IMG/VR virus record: IMGVR_UViG_3300033182_001206
Span: 6,408-70,407 of that record
DNA: 64,000 nucleotides
Reading direction: 5' to 3' (one strand)
DNA from: a virus
A program made the position numbers and the translations under genes. Under the pieces are notes generated by a model. The model was not told the DNA's origin and did not search any database. It worked only from the letters and a program-made list of their open reading frames with translations. Positions 9,511-18,755 of the stretch are shown in pieces. Position 1 is the stretch's first letter. Each line of letters starts with the position of its first letter.

Positions 9511-10231
9511 TTGTAAATGCCAGTTTTATCATTTGTGGATTGAGTTCATAATCACTTGTAATTAGATTTGGTATCAATGAGGTAACATCACTGATAGCTT
9601 CTTGCAATTCTGGCCAATTGGTTATGGCCTGTTTATAATTGGTACGACGATACGGATTCAACAGTTTGATGTTTTTTGTGATTGGAGGATGAACATTGAA
9701 TATGTTTAGTGTGTGCAGCATGTCCACCGGATCGGTAGGAAGATCTTCGTACGCTATTACTTCATCAAACTGATGACGTCGATATACAAGGCTTTGTAAC
9801 AGATCTCCGAGATAGCTTTTGTATATAGCAACAAATTCTTCTACATCTACAATAAATCTATCATTTCTCCAATCACCTAAACCTTGCATAATACAATGAC
9901 TCAATGACCGATACATTAGATTTTTTCTGTATAAAAATATATTATAGTTATACAGACCATCGTACCATTGATATGTATTAGGCTTTAGTTTTTGTATACG
10001 TGTTTCATGTCTATGATGATGTTTACATATAACTGTTGTTTCATTGGTTATTTGATTGGTAACCTCAATGAAACGTTCTGCAACTTCCTGGTCTGATTCA
10101 TATTTGGTGTTCCATAATGGTTCATCTAATTCTACATCAGGCTGATATGCCTGTTTCAAACTGTTGAACAAGTATGTGGATCCACAACGGGGGAAAGCCC
10201 AAATACAAATTTTTAATCCGGTTTCTGCCAT
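9482..10231 (-). CDS. Sulfotransferase-like protein (tandem paralog of 8752-9510)
   Basis: AFPRCGSTYL, DEPL, YNIFLYRKN, YEDLPTDP; ATG 10231 preferred (ORF track 10243). Confidence 0.7.
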   Translation of the reverse strand: MAETGLKICIWAFPRCGSTYLFNSLKQAYQPDVELDEPLWNTKYESDQEVAERFIEVTNQITNETTVICKHHHRHETRIQKLKPNTYQWYDGLYNYNIFLYRKNLMYRSLSHCIMQGLGDWRNDRFIVDVEEFVAIYKSYLGDLLQSLVYRRHQFDEVIAYEDLPTDPVDMLHTLNIFNVHPPITKNIKLLNPYRRTNYKQAITNWPELQEAISDVTSLIPNLITSDYELNPQMIKLAFTNENTFLGIS

Positions 10232-11064
10232 ATCCAAAACCACCTTTGTCTTATTGTTTGTGCAGGCGTGTCTGGCGCCGTCTGCCGTCTATTTACTTCA
10301 TTTTGTATTGCAACCCATTGCGAGTACATGTCTCCGTCTTGTACTTCTTCTTCATATGGACGATTACCATCTACGGTGCGCTCCCACGGTTCAATTGCTG
10401 CCAGTCGGTGCAAAACTTCATCTGTGAGTGTGCTGAGATCTGTACCATCCAAATCTGGTTCCATCACAACATCAAACCCGTGCATTTCTCCAAATTCTTT
10501 TATACAGCTTTTGGTCCAAGGATAGCACAGTCCACGATTTTCTCTCCACGGATCCACATCAATGTGACCCCAGTTTGCTGGTTTTACCAATGCAATCAAT
10601 TTGCCACCCGGACGTAATAATCCATGCATGGTGGTGATCATTTCATCAATTTCCTGTGTATCACCGTGATTTAGCGGACCAATTGCAGTGATAAAATCAA
10701 AACTATCGTCTTTGAGTTTGTGCACTGCTTCACGCAATGACCATCTTAGATCGCCGTTACCCCATGTACCAGGTTCAATGCCAATGATGTTTTTGATTTT
10801 GCCTTTGTAAGGATTGCTACCACAGCCTACGTCCAATACCTGTGCATCAGGATTTTCTGCGTTGATATAATCAACCAACCATTGTCCGCTGTATTTGCGT
10901 GTGTCAAATGTAAACTCAGCAGTCCATGCATCGTAGCTTTTTTCATAGTTACGTGCAGTGTGTTGCCAACGAACTGACTCGGGCAAACGCCACCAAGTGG
11001 GCATGTTGATTTCGCCAGTTACATTCCATTTTTTTCTAAAACGTTGTTTACCTAATTGTATCAT
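10213..11064 (-). CDS. Class I SAM methyltransferase (family A, copy 3)
   Basis: VLDVGCGSNPYK, AIGPLNHG; ATG 11064 with AAGGA SD preferred over 11169. Confidence 0.85.
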   Translation of the reverse strand: MIQLGKQRFRKKWNVTGEINMPTWWRLPESVRWQHTARNYEKSYDAWTAEFTFDTRKYSGQWLVDYINAENPDAQVLDVGCGSNPYKGKIKNIIGIEPGTWGNGDLRWSLREAVHKLKDDSFDFITAIGPLNHGDTQEIDEMITTMHGLLRPGGKLIALVKPANWGHIDVDPWRENRGLCYPWTKSCIKEFGEMHGFDVVMEPDLDGTDLSTLTDEVLHRLAAIEPWERTVDGNRPYEEEVQDGDMYSQWVAIQNEVNRRQTAPDTPAQTIRQRWFWIWQKPD

Positions 11065-11065
11065 A

Positions 11066-11422
11066 TTATTCCTTGCTAACGCTTTGTAAATGCATCCAAC
11101 CTGTGTCTTCGTGACATGCTCCTTTGCAAACCGGCGAACAGGTTTCTTCGTAGTCCCAACTTTGTGCATTCCAGTGTGTCATAAAAGCATCATGCTTGAG
11201 TATTTTTTCCCATCCGTGCTCACGCACATCGTTCCAATCTTTGGGCAGATTGTCAATGTAGGAATCGCCTGTTTTGCCAAACTCAGCAAAAAGATTTTGA
11301 TAATAACAACAGGGCCATATGCGAAAATTTACATCGCAGTCTATTTCTGCACTGTCCATTGCAGCACAGCGTACACGCCCTTGCAGTTTAGTCAACTTCG
11401 ATGTCGAGCAGTCTTCCGACAT
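11066..11422 (-). CDS. Stand-alone SPASM/twitch Fe-S domain protein
   Basis: RCAAM..IWPCCYY..WNDVREHGWEKIL..CSPVCKGAC; own AAGG SD. Confidence 0.7.
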   Translation of the reverse strand: MSEDCSTSKLTKLQGRVRCAAMDSAEIDCDVNFRIWPCCYYQNLFAEFGKTGDSYIDNLPKDWNDVREHGWEKILKHDAFMTHWNAQSWDYEETCSPVCKGACHEDTGWMHLQSVSKE

Positions 11423-12080
11423 GTTCTTTTCCTTCTTTGCTGGTCAACAAGCCATAGTTGCCTCTGTTGATTTTTACATCCAATGCAATATCCAATTCAG
11501 CAGCAGTTTCAATGACCTGCTCAAGTTCGTGCCAATTGTGTTCAAATACCAAAAAGTCCCAGTGTGTGAGCCTTGGATGCTCTTCAGCACAAGCAAGCAT
11601 GTTGTTCCATGCACGATCAAAATCTACATTTATTCTATACTTGCTGTTGGTTTCGTCTGTGAGTCCATCAATTGCAAAAATAAAACGCAGGTCGCCATAT
11701 TCAGCATCTTCGACTTTTTCATAAATTTCTTGATACCACTCGGGTGTACGAATACCGCCATTGGTGTTTATAATACATTGCCAACTGACGCTGCAAGCAT
11801 GCATGATAAAATCTTCAATTTGAGGATGCATCATTGGATCGCCATGCTCGCCGCAGAAGTTGATCATTTTATCACTCCAGTCCACTCTGTCTACCACACT
11901 TTTCCACACAGGCAAACTCATGTGCTGCAAAGTGATAAAATCTGCCAGTTCCAATGTACCAGCGTTGGTGCGTGGACACGTTGGACACTTGCTTTGACAG
12001 TAGGTGGTAATACAAAAGTCTACCTTGTTGTGATCCATCCAGTTGTTGAATCGTCGAGTTGGTATTAGTTGTGAACTCAT
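11388..12080 (-). CDS. Radical SAM core domain protein (its SPASM domain is the next ORF)
   Basis: CQSKCPTC, FCGEHGDPMMHP, INTNGG, FAIDGL. Confidence 0.9.
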   Translation of the reverse strand: MSSQLIPTRRFNNWMDHNKVDFCITTYCQSKCPTCPRTNAGTLELADFITLQHMSLPVWKSVVDRVDWSDKMINFCGEHGDPMMHPQIEDFIMHACSVSWQCIINTNGGIRTPEWYQEIYEKVEDAEYGDLRFIFAIDGLTDETNSKYRINVDFDRAWNNMLACAEEHPRLTHWDFLVFEHNWHELEQVIETAAELDIALDVKINRGNYGLLTSKEGKEHVGRLLDIEVD

Positions 12081-12658
12081 TGACTTCTCAAATTTATCAT
12101 AATACTGCGTCTATCTACTGGACGCTCAATTGTTTTTACGCTGTGCCATGTGTCTGGGCCTGCTAAAAATCCCCAAGCACGATTGCGTTCAAATGGTATT
12201 TGTGTTTCAGGTGGTTCGCCTACCCATGCACCAGTGTCTGCCAACTGAGAATTTCCAAAATATATTTGCAATGTGCCATAACCCAATGGTGACATTGTAG
12301 GCTTCATGTCTCTGTGTGCACCTTGACTGAATCCTTCTCCGTCCACATGCACACTTACATCTACTCTACAAGGCACTGAATCTGGCCAGCCCAGTGTTTG
12401 CATCAGCCATGGTTTCAGTTGCACATACCATATATCTCTAAAGCCCGACAAACCGGGACACATATGAGTTTGTCCTTCCGGGTAACAATCCTCATGTGCA
12501 TTCAGCAGTGTTTCCTGCCCGAACTCATATGCGTACAGTTCTTGTTCGACTTGTGTGTAAACTGATTCAGGCAAAAAGTTTTTCCAAGTGGCATATCTAA
12601 AAGGACTAGATACCCAACTCACCTCGCCGAACCCAATGGGCATAGAAGCGTATTCCAT
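12077..12658 (-). CDS. Fe(II)/2-oxoglutarate-dependent oxygenase
   Basis: HRD..WHSV..RRS facial-triad and 2OG-binding pattern; real start may be GTG 12622. Confidence 0.8.
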   Translation of the reverse strand: MEYASMPIGFGEVSWVSSPFRYATWKNFLPESVYTQVEQELYAYEFGQETLLNAHEDCYPEGQTHMCPGLSGFRDIWYVQLKPWLMQTLGWPDSVPCRVDVSVHVDGEGFSQGAHRDMKPTMSPLGYGTLQIYFGNSQLADTGAWVGEPPETQIPFERNRAWGFLAGPDTWHSVKTIERPVDRRSIMINLRSQ

Positions 12659-13280
12659 TACCGTTTGTTTCTCTATCCTGTGCTAGTTCAACCATTTCGC
12701 AGTTGCATCGTGTGGCAGCTTGTGAAAGTTTTTCTGGGCTCCATTCAAAAAAGTCAATCCATTCAGCACCCGGTCTGTTGTGCGTTACACCTGGATTCAC
12801 TCTCAGGAAAATGTGTCCGCTTTCTTTGCACATGCTTACCAGTTTCAATGTTTGATAGTATATGCTTTCTTCGCTGCCAAAATTGATACTGCCCAATGCC
12901 AGTACAACATCAAATTCTTTTTCAGGTTGAAATTCCATAATACCTACATTTTCGTCGGCATTGGTATTGTATGGATCAATACCCCATAGATTTTGTATCT
13001 TGTCTTTGAATAAGTTGTATCCGCAGCCTACATCTAGTACCGACTCTGGATTGAGTGCATTGACTCGATCTATCAAGCTCATACCAGTTTGTCCGAAGTG
13101 TTCAGTGGCTTTTACTGCACCGTCACGTGAACCTTTCCACGCACCGTTTTCACCAAAGTACTTGTACATCAACTGTTCGTCAAGATTTTCCAATAAAGGC
13201 AACATCAGTGTTTCGTCGGGCTGTACTCCAAATGTTTCCATGCACCAATCGTGTAGGGCCTTTGCAATTTTTCTATTCAT
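12606..13280 (-). CDS. Class I SAM methyltransferase (family A, copy 4)
   Basis: VLDVGCGYNLFK, ALGSINFG. Confidence 0.87.
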   Translation of the reverse strand: MNRKIAKALHDWCMETFGVQPDETLMLPLLENLDEQLMYKYFGENGAWKGSRDGAVKATEHFGQTGMSLIDRVNALNPESVLDVGCGYNLFKDKIQNLWGIDPYNTNADENVGIMEFQPEKEFDVVLALGSINFGSEESIYYQTLKLVSMCKESGHIFLRVNPGVTHNRPGAEWIDFFEWSPEKLSQAATRCNCEMVELAQDRETNGNGIRFYAHWVRRGELGI

Positions 13281-13576
13281 TAGTCATCCATTATAAGTTT
13301 TACTGACGCTCCCGGGCCAGCTTTACTTGGTAAATCACCATATTTTTCCACATAGTCAGTGATAATAGCTTGGTACCACAAATGGCTATTGTGTGGTGCT
13401 GCTTTATTATACTTATACAATTCATTACTGGTACTGCCAATCGCACCGCTGCTGAGTGCACGTGCACTTTCACGTTGCAGTTGTCTAGTGTCCCACGTGT
13501 CAAAATTCAATTCAGTTTTGGCTGCTGGTTCCTGTTTTGCTCGTGGCTGGTTACTCCAACTGATGTTATTCAGCAT
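13280..13576 (-). CDS. Hypothetical phage protein (98 aa)
   Basis: Coupled to both neighbours; AAGGA SD; HNSHLWY..YGDLPS..GPG. Confidence 0.75.
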   Translation of the reverse strand: MLNNISWSNQPRAKQEPAAKTELNFDTWDTRQLQRESARALSSGAIGSTSNELYKYNKAAPHNSHLWYQAIITDYVEKYGDLPSKAGPGASVKLIMDD

Positions 13577-14258
13577 TGATCTTTTCCTTTAGATGTTGTG
13601 CAACAGCATCATGCCAGTCTTGACCTGGATGCTTGCCGTCGCTGCCCGCAGTGTAGTTTCTAGGATCAAATATATGATTGTTGGTTTCTGTCAAGTGTAC
13701 ACCTGCTAAACGTGCAGCCTGTTGTACCAGCAATTGATTCTTTTGCCAGTTGTAGTAATCGTATGCATCGTTGCTGCACTCTGCAAGTGCATAGTCTATG
13801 TGTTGGTGTTCGCCTTTGAACTTGCGTTTGAATTCATATGTGTTGCCCGATTCAGTTACCCATTCACGTCTATAACCATAGGTCCACATCACTACAATGT
13901 GTGTGGGTTTGTAATAGTTTAGATAGCCAATCACACGTCTTGCTATAGCGTCATTGCTAGTAGCAGGCACGCCAAGATTATCAACATCAAGTTGAGCTGC
14001 AAAACAGTTCTCAACACCGATCCCAAAAACAAAGCTATCGCCAAACACAGCAGAATTTCCATCGAACTCTTTTCCTCTAAAACCTGCACTGTTTATCCAG
14101 TAGCGAATATCATCGCCTGCCAGCCTAGGGCCACACTGTTGCCAACCTGGCTGCTCTTTGCCCACTGGATATTCTGTAAACCAATCATAATCACGTGTTA
14201 CACTGTGCGGCACAGAGCCTTGACTGTTGTAAATTTCTTCAATTTTGTTTTTGATCAT
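13566..14258 (-). CDS. SGNH/GDSL hydrolase-like protein (possible O-acyl esterase/transferase)
   Basis: NSAGFRG, FGDSFVFG, NLGVPATSN, DGKHPG (Ser..Asp-x-x-His). Confidence 0.75.
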   Translation of the reverse strand: MIKNKIEEIYNSQGSVPHSVTRDYDWFTEYPVGKEQPGWQQCGPRLAGDDIRYWINSAGFRGKEFDGNSAVFGDSFVFGIGVENCFAAQLDVDNLGVPATSNDAIARRVIGYLNYYKPTHIVVMWTYGYRREWVTESGNTYEFKRKFKGEHQHIDYALAECSNDAYDYYNWQKNQLLVQQAARLAGVHLTETNNHIFDPRNYTAGSDGKHPGQDWHDAVAQHLKEKINAE

Positions 14259-15214
14259 TTGATTCCAATAATGGTAAATCTTTTGTATAGGTAAGTTTCT
14301 AACTCTCCTGCATATACCAAGTCAGTCATTGGATATTTTGCACGTGCTGAATTCACAGTGTGTACACAATTGCTGTGTTGCGGATTATCAAAATAATCAT
14401 TTGTTTGCAAACACACAGGTGTACCTTTGGGCAAATTTATAAACCATTCGTCTGACATGTGTTCGCAGCTGGTGTTGATCACAATATTGGGTCTAAAGTT
14501 TACACTGGTAGGACTCAACTGCGGTCTTTCAACATTGAAACGCACAGTACGCTTGTCTACATCCCATTGTAATCGATTCACATCTGCTGTGGCTGCTTTG
14601 AATCTCCAGTTTTCTTTGTAGCATTGTTGTGCATTGAAGTTGTCAGCCACTTCCCAAACCTCTGGGTCCACATCCAAACTGATGATCTGTTTTACATCAA
14701 AACGTTCAAACAGGAAGTATGCAAATGTGTTGTACCAACCGCCGTACATGAGCACGTTGCCCATTTGCTTGTCTTCCACAATGTCTTCCAGCTTGTCCAG
14801 CATCCACATTTTGCTCTGTATCTGACCTCTACTGAAATGATCATTCATGTTTACAATGTCGCCACCATAACGATCGCTCCATTGATTGATAGTGTCAAAC
14901 AGTGGTTCAGGAATACAGTGTGCAATATAATTGATCAGTTTTTTGTGTGTGATCCACTTGGTCCAGTCAATGTGTCCATGCAGCAGTATGTTTACAAACT
15001 CTTCACTTAGTGCAGTGCTGCCTCTGTTGACTTCATCCAACAACAGTTCTTTTACTTTGTAAGGATTGCCATAGAATACAGCATTCCTAATGGCTGTGAA
15101 CTTTTCCAAATGCGGGCTGTTGGTTCTCTGCAGGTATTCGTCTAGGCCATTGACCCAGTGATATTTTTTTGTAATTTGATCTTCTATTTCTTGCGAATAG
15201 TATCCAGTGCTCAT
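14255..15214 (-). CDS. SAM-dependent methyltransferase-like protein
   Basis: MYGGWY, SLDVDP, TADVN, INTSCEHM. Confidence 0.7.
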   Translation of the reverse strand: MSTGYYSQEIEDQITKKYHWVNGLDEYLQRTNSPHLEKFTAIRNAVFYGNPYKVKELLLDEVNRGSTALSEEFVNILLHGHIDWTKWITHKKLINYIAHCIPEPLFDTINQWSDRYGGDIVNMNDHFSRGQIQSKMWMLDKLEDIVEDKQMGNVLMYGGWYNTFAYFLFERFDVKQIISLDVDPEVWEVADNFNAQQCYKENWRFKAATADVNRLQWDVDKRTVRFNVERPQLSPTSVNFRPNIVINTSCEHMSDEWFINLPKGTPVCLQTNDYFDNPQHSNCVHTVNSARAKYPMTDLVYAGELETYLYKRFTIIGIK

Positions 15215-15915
15215 ATAGCTTCTTCAAACTTTTCTGTTAGCCAATCGAAGTCATTGATGTGTTTCAATGCATCAGGATTGTTAGCATATGTTTCGCCAAA
15301 GTCTCTGCCTTGTTCAGCACCCAACAGTGCATATTCACCGTATGGTCTCTTTGCTCCACGTGTGCACCATACATCCAATCTATAACGATCATCCAGTATG
15401 TCATTGTTGTGCACACAAGCACTGCTGAGTTTTACACACTCGCGGAAAGCACTTTTCCATGTGTTGAACGGATCAGTGTTGAATGCTGTAACATTACTTA
15501 TCTGAAACTTTGGCACGAACGGACAGCCAATGCTGGTTGTCATGTCCACACTCCAATCTGTGAGTTCTAAAAACGGACGACGAGGGAACAGTTTTACCGC
15601 ACCATATCCATATATTAGATCATTGATAGGGTTGCGTGATCGCCAGGTAAATACACAGTCGGTTTCAGGAACACCAGGATATGCATCCTTGTTCATATCG
15701 GGTGTGAATTTGAAAGTGAATTCTTCTTCAATGACTGCATCAGCATCCACTACGTAAAAGTGACCAGTGTTGGCTTTTTCAGCAGCAGCTTTGTGTGCAT
15801 TGAAGATGCCCTTTACACCGTCGATGCGCTGTGCATGCGGTGCAAACAATTTCAGCAGTTCGTAGTTTTCGTCTGCATATCGTTCGCGATAACTAATATA
15901 AAATACGTCTAACAT
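15211..15915 (-). CDS. GT-A-fold glycosyltransferase-like protein (FISY family, copy 1)
   Basis: DVFYISY.E.YADENY, FYVVDADA (DxD), YGYGAVKLFP, WKSAFRECVKL. Confidence 0.65.
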   Translation of the reverse strand: MLDVFYISYRERYADENYELLKLFAPHAQRIDGVKGIFNAHKAAAEKANTGHFYVVDADAVIEEEFTFKFTPDMNKDAYPGVPETDCVFTWRSRNPINDLIYGYGAVKLFPRRPFLELTDWSVDMTTSIGCPFVPKFQISNVTAFNTDPFNTWKSAFRECVKLSSACVHNNDILDDRYRLDVWCTRGAKRPYGEYALLGAEQGRDFGETYANNPDALKHINDFDWLTEKFEEAI

Positions 15916-15936
15916 AGGGATCCTCTAATTATATAG

Positions 15937-16863
15937 ATGCGTACATTTCAGCAAAATACCAATGATCGAGTCAAAGAAGGATACATTGATCACTTTCTTG
16001 ACTGGAGTTCAAGTACACACAATGCTAAGTATATAACAGGAACAGTCACAAGTCAAGAGTTTACTGACATACTCACAGGCGGGAAAAACGTGCTTGCTGA
16101 CTTCACTCGTATCATAGACAATTTTCTCAACGTGAGTGTGGAGAAAAAACGACTGTTTTACGAAATGGGTCCAATGAAAGTCACAGCTGAAAATCCAGAT
16201 GAAGATCTGCGTCATTTGTACAGACTGTTCAAAATCTATTGGTTGGGCAAGAACATTGATCGCAATGGTATTACTTCGCCTGTGCAACTACTTAGCTTTG
16301 GCTTTCCCACTGTGAACTGTCATCCTGGCAGCGACAAAAGACATGCTATTATGTTTTTGGCCAAGCCTACCACTGTGCCATTTGTGTACATTGACTACAA
16401 AGGCTGTGATTATAAATTTTATGAACAGTGGGACAACTGGTGGGAATGCACCACACGTGAACAGATTATAGCAGCATTTCCCAACTTCTATCATAGAACA
16501 CATCATTGTGTGTACGAATGGATAGACATGTGGAAATCAGGTTGCAGCAGTCACAACACACCAGTGCACAATGGCATAAAAAAATATCATAAAAAAGCCA
16601 CACAAGAATGGAACTATTGGAGAACAAGAATTGGTGTATGGCACCTCAGTTATTATGATGCTATACACAGACACGGCATGAACGATGATAGAGACATGCT
16701 GTGGGATATACAACTGCAAGACACACGCACACTGTGGATTGGAGATCAGAGATTTGAAAAAATAAGCGGAGTATGGACACCAGACAATGGAAACTTTGAC
16801 AGCTATGCAAAACCACTCAACCCAATTGACAAATATACTGCCTACAGTGCATGTTGGGTATGA
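15937..16863 (+). CDS. Hypothetical protein, HPGSD family (possible ParB/Srx-like fold), copy 1
   Basis: NGITSPVQ..HPGSDKR. Confidence 0.6.
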   Translation: MRTFQQNTNDRVKEGYIDHFLDWSSSTHNAKYITGTVTSQEFTDILTGGKNVLADFTRIIDNFLNVSVEKKRLFYEMGPMKVTAENPDEDLRHLYRLFKIYWLGKNIDRNGITSPVQLLSFGFPTVNCHPGSDKRHAIMFLAKPTTVPFVYIDYKGCDYKFYEQWDNWWECTTREQIIAAFPNFYHRTHHCVYEWIDMWKSGCSSHNTPVHNGIKKYHKKATQEWNYWRTRIGVWHLSYYDAIHRHGMNDDRDMLWDIQLQDTRTLWIGDQRFEKISGVWTPDNGNFDSYAKPLNPIDKYTAYSACWV

Positions 16864-17491
16864 CCACAGGCACACAGAAATGTATGATCTGTGTTGTCGC
16901 AGTCTGAAAAGACACACAGAAAACAATGTGCACATCTATGCAAATTGCGGATCGCACATTCCTGGATACAACAGAGCAGCGGCAGCAAACGAAAGCACCA
17001 GCTTTGTGTACAGCAGATTTCTAGTGCCGTACCTGCAGGGCTATCGTGGCTGGGCGGCATTTTGCGATGGTGATTTTTTGTGGCAAGACGATATACGAAA
17101 ACTTTTTGCAGCAGTAGATGATCAATATGCTGTAATGGTATGTCAACATGACTATGTGCCCAAACCAAATCCAAAAGCATTTGGACACGTACAAGAACCA
17201 TTTCCAAGAAAAAACTGGAGCAGTCTAATACTGTGGAACTGTGCTCATCCTGCAAACAGATTGCTCACACTGGATTATATAAACTTTGCACAACCGTGGC
17301 AGTTGCACAGATTTGTACATCTACAGGATTCAATGATTGGCAGCATAGATCTGCGATGGAATTGGTTGGTAGACGAATATGCTTACACCGAAACTGCTGG
17401 TGCGCTGCACTATACCAATGGCGGACCGTGGTGCGGCATTGAGACTGGACAAGACAAACAATACTATGAATACAAAAAACAATTGGGCTAA
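16787..17491 (+). CDS. Glycosyltransferase (GT8-like)
   Basis: VGYD, FVYSRFLVPYL, FCDGDFL (DxD), PRKNWSS, WNWLV, LHYTNGGPW; start codon uncertain. Confidence 0.8.
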   Translation: METLTAMQNHSTQLTNILPTVHVGYDHRHTEMYDLCCRSLKRHTENNVHIYANCGSHIPGYNRAAAANESTSFVYSRFLVPYLQGYRGWAAFCDGDFLWQDDIRKLFAAVDDQYAVMVCQHDYVPKPNPKAFGHVQEPFPRKNWSSLILWNCAHPANRLLTLDYINFAQPWQLHRFVHLQDSMIGSIDLRWNWLVDEYAYTETAGALHYTNGGPWCGIETGQDKQYYEYKKQLG

Positions 17492-18332
17492 CGAAACAGA
17501 TCCCAAAGCCATAAACCTGCTTACCTCACACAAGGACGACAGTGTGGTACAGGATTATTTAGACAACAGTGGTAACCAACTGTTGCTAGGGCGATTGGAT
17601 TATCGCATGATGCACACTGTGACCTATTATACAGAAACACACAGTGTAGAACACAAAATACGACGACATCTCGAGAGTAGCAGCATAGACCAATATGCAC
17701 AAGAACGCTGGGGACATTTTCACAATCATGAAGCATACTATTTTATGCACAAGATGTGTTTGATCTCCGGCGACCTTTATAGAAATGGACAGCTTGCTCC
17801 ATTGCAAATGCAAGCTGCATGGGAACATGGCAGAGAATGCATAGGGTTCAGACCGCATCCTGGTAGTGACAGAGAAGTGTTCATCAGTGTGATGGCAAGG
17901 TTAGGGCTGCTACCAGAAGCTGTTCCAGTGCAGTTTGAAATATATCCTTGGATGCAAGATTATCCTATCAATCCAGCATTTCATCGTGTGCGCCCGTTGC
18001 TACAACAGGTAACAACACGAGAACAAATGCGTGAATACTATCTCAACTGGGACCTCACACAGTTTTACAATGTGCATTGGGATAGACAATATATCATAGA
18101 CGGAGGCCCAGGGTTCATGCGCAACTTTATGAAAAACATGAACACCATTGAGGGAGACATATCTGGACAACACTTGGAACTCAAAGCATTGACCTTTAGG
18201 ATTGAATTGCGTGACACACTGGAACGCTTTTTAGATGAATATCGCGAGTTTGATGATAGAATTGAATTTGGTGCTTGGACCATGTGGCATCGCAAAAATC
18301 TATTAGAATGCGATGCTAGTCGGCTGTGGTAG
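17466..18332 (+). CDS. Hypothetical protein, HPGSD family, copy 2
   Basis: NGQLAPLQ..HPGSDRE; ATG 17466 preferred (ORF track 17379). Confidence 0.6.
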   Translation: MNTKNNWANETDPKAINLLTSHKDDSVVQDYLDNSGNQLLLGRLDYRMMHTVTYYTETHSVEHKIRRHLESSSIDQYAQERWGHFHNHEAYYFMHKMCLISGDLYRNGQLAPLQMQAAWEHGRECIGFRPHPGSDREVFISVMARLGLLPEAVPVQFEIYPWMQDYPINPAFHRVRPLLQQVTTREQMREYYLNWDLTQFYNVHWDRQYIIDGGPGFMRNFMKNMNTIEGDISGQHLELKALTFRIELRDTLERFLDEYREFDDRIEFGAWTMWHRKNLLECDASRLW

Positions 18333-18618
18333 TGTACTCGCCTTTACGTTGTGCATGAAATTCAGTTACATACGGTACAGGTTGAATCACATATTCTTCT
18401 TCGTGATTGAATCCCAAATGCTGTAGTTCGTTTTGAATGTTATCACGTACAAAAATAAAGTCCATTGGACGTTTCACATCCTTGTCAGCTTCTTGCACCC
18501 AAATAACCACCTGCTTTGTTTTCTTTACCAGTTCGCAAAATGTTTTTGTATCGTCTTCTGTCCAAGGTTGATATGCTCCAAGCATAGCAACTGTAGGGTG
18601 TTTCCAATCGAATTGCAT
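18316..18618 (-). CDS. Small cytidylyltransferase-like (HxGH superfamily) protein with degenerate motif
   Basis: FDWKHPTVAMLGAYQPW, but TEDD where HxGH is expected; GGAG SD. Confidence 0.55.
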   Translation of the reverse strand: MQFDWKHPTVAMLGAYQPWTEDDTKTFCELVKKTKQVVIWVQEADKDVKRPMDFIFVRDNIQNELQHLGFNHEEEYVIQPVPYVTEFHAQRKGEYTTTAD

Positions 18619-18626
18619 GTTATCTC

Positions 18627-18755
18627 CTATTCATAAATGTACGGATCGCTGTCCGCAATCTTTTTTATCAGTTCTCTGCGTCTACGGCGTTTGATAAAAT
18701 GTGATTTTACAAACGGCACGTAACACAATATACGGTCTTCTATCCAGGTAAGCAT
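18627..18755 (-). CDS. Small basic protein (42 aa), absent from the ORF track
   Basis: MLTWIEDRILCYVPFVKSHFIKRRRRRELIKKIADSDPYIYE; fills the 18619-18739 gap and overlaps the carbamoyltransferase stop. Confidence 0.7.
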   Translation of the reverse strand: MLTWIEDRILCYVPFVKSHFIKRRRRRELIKKIADSDPYIYE

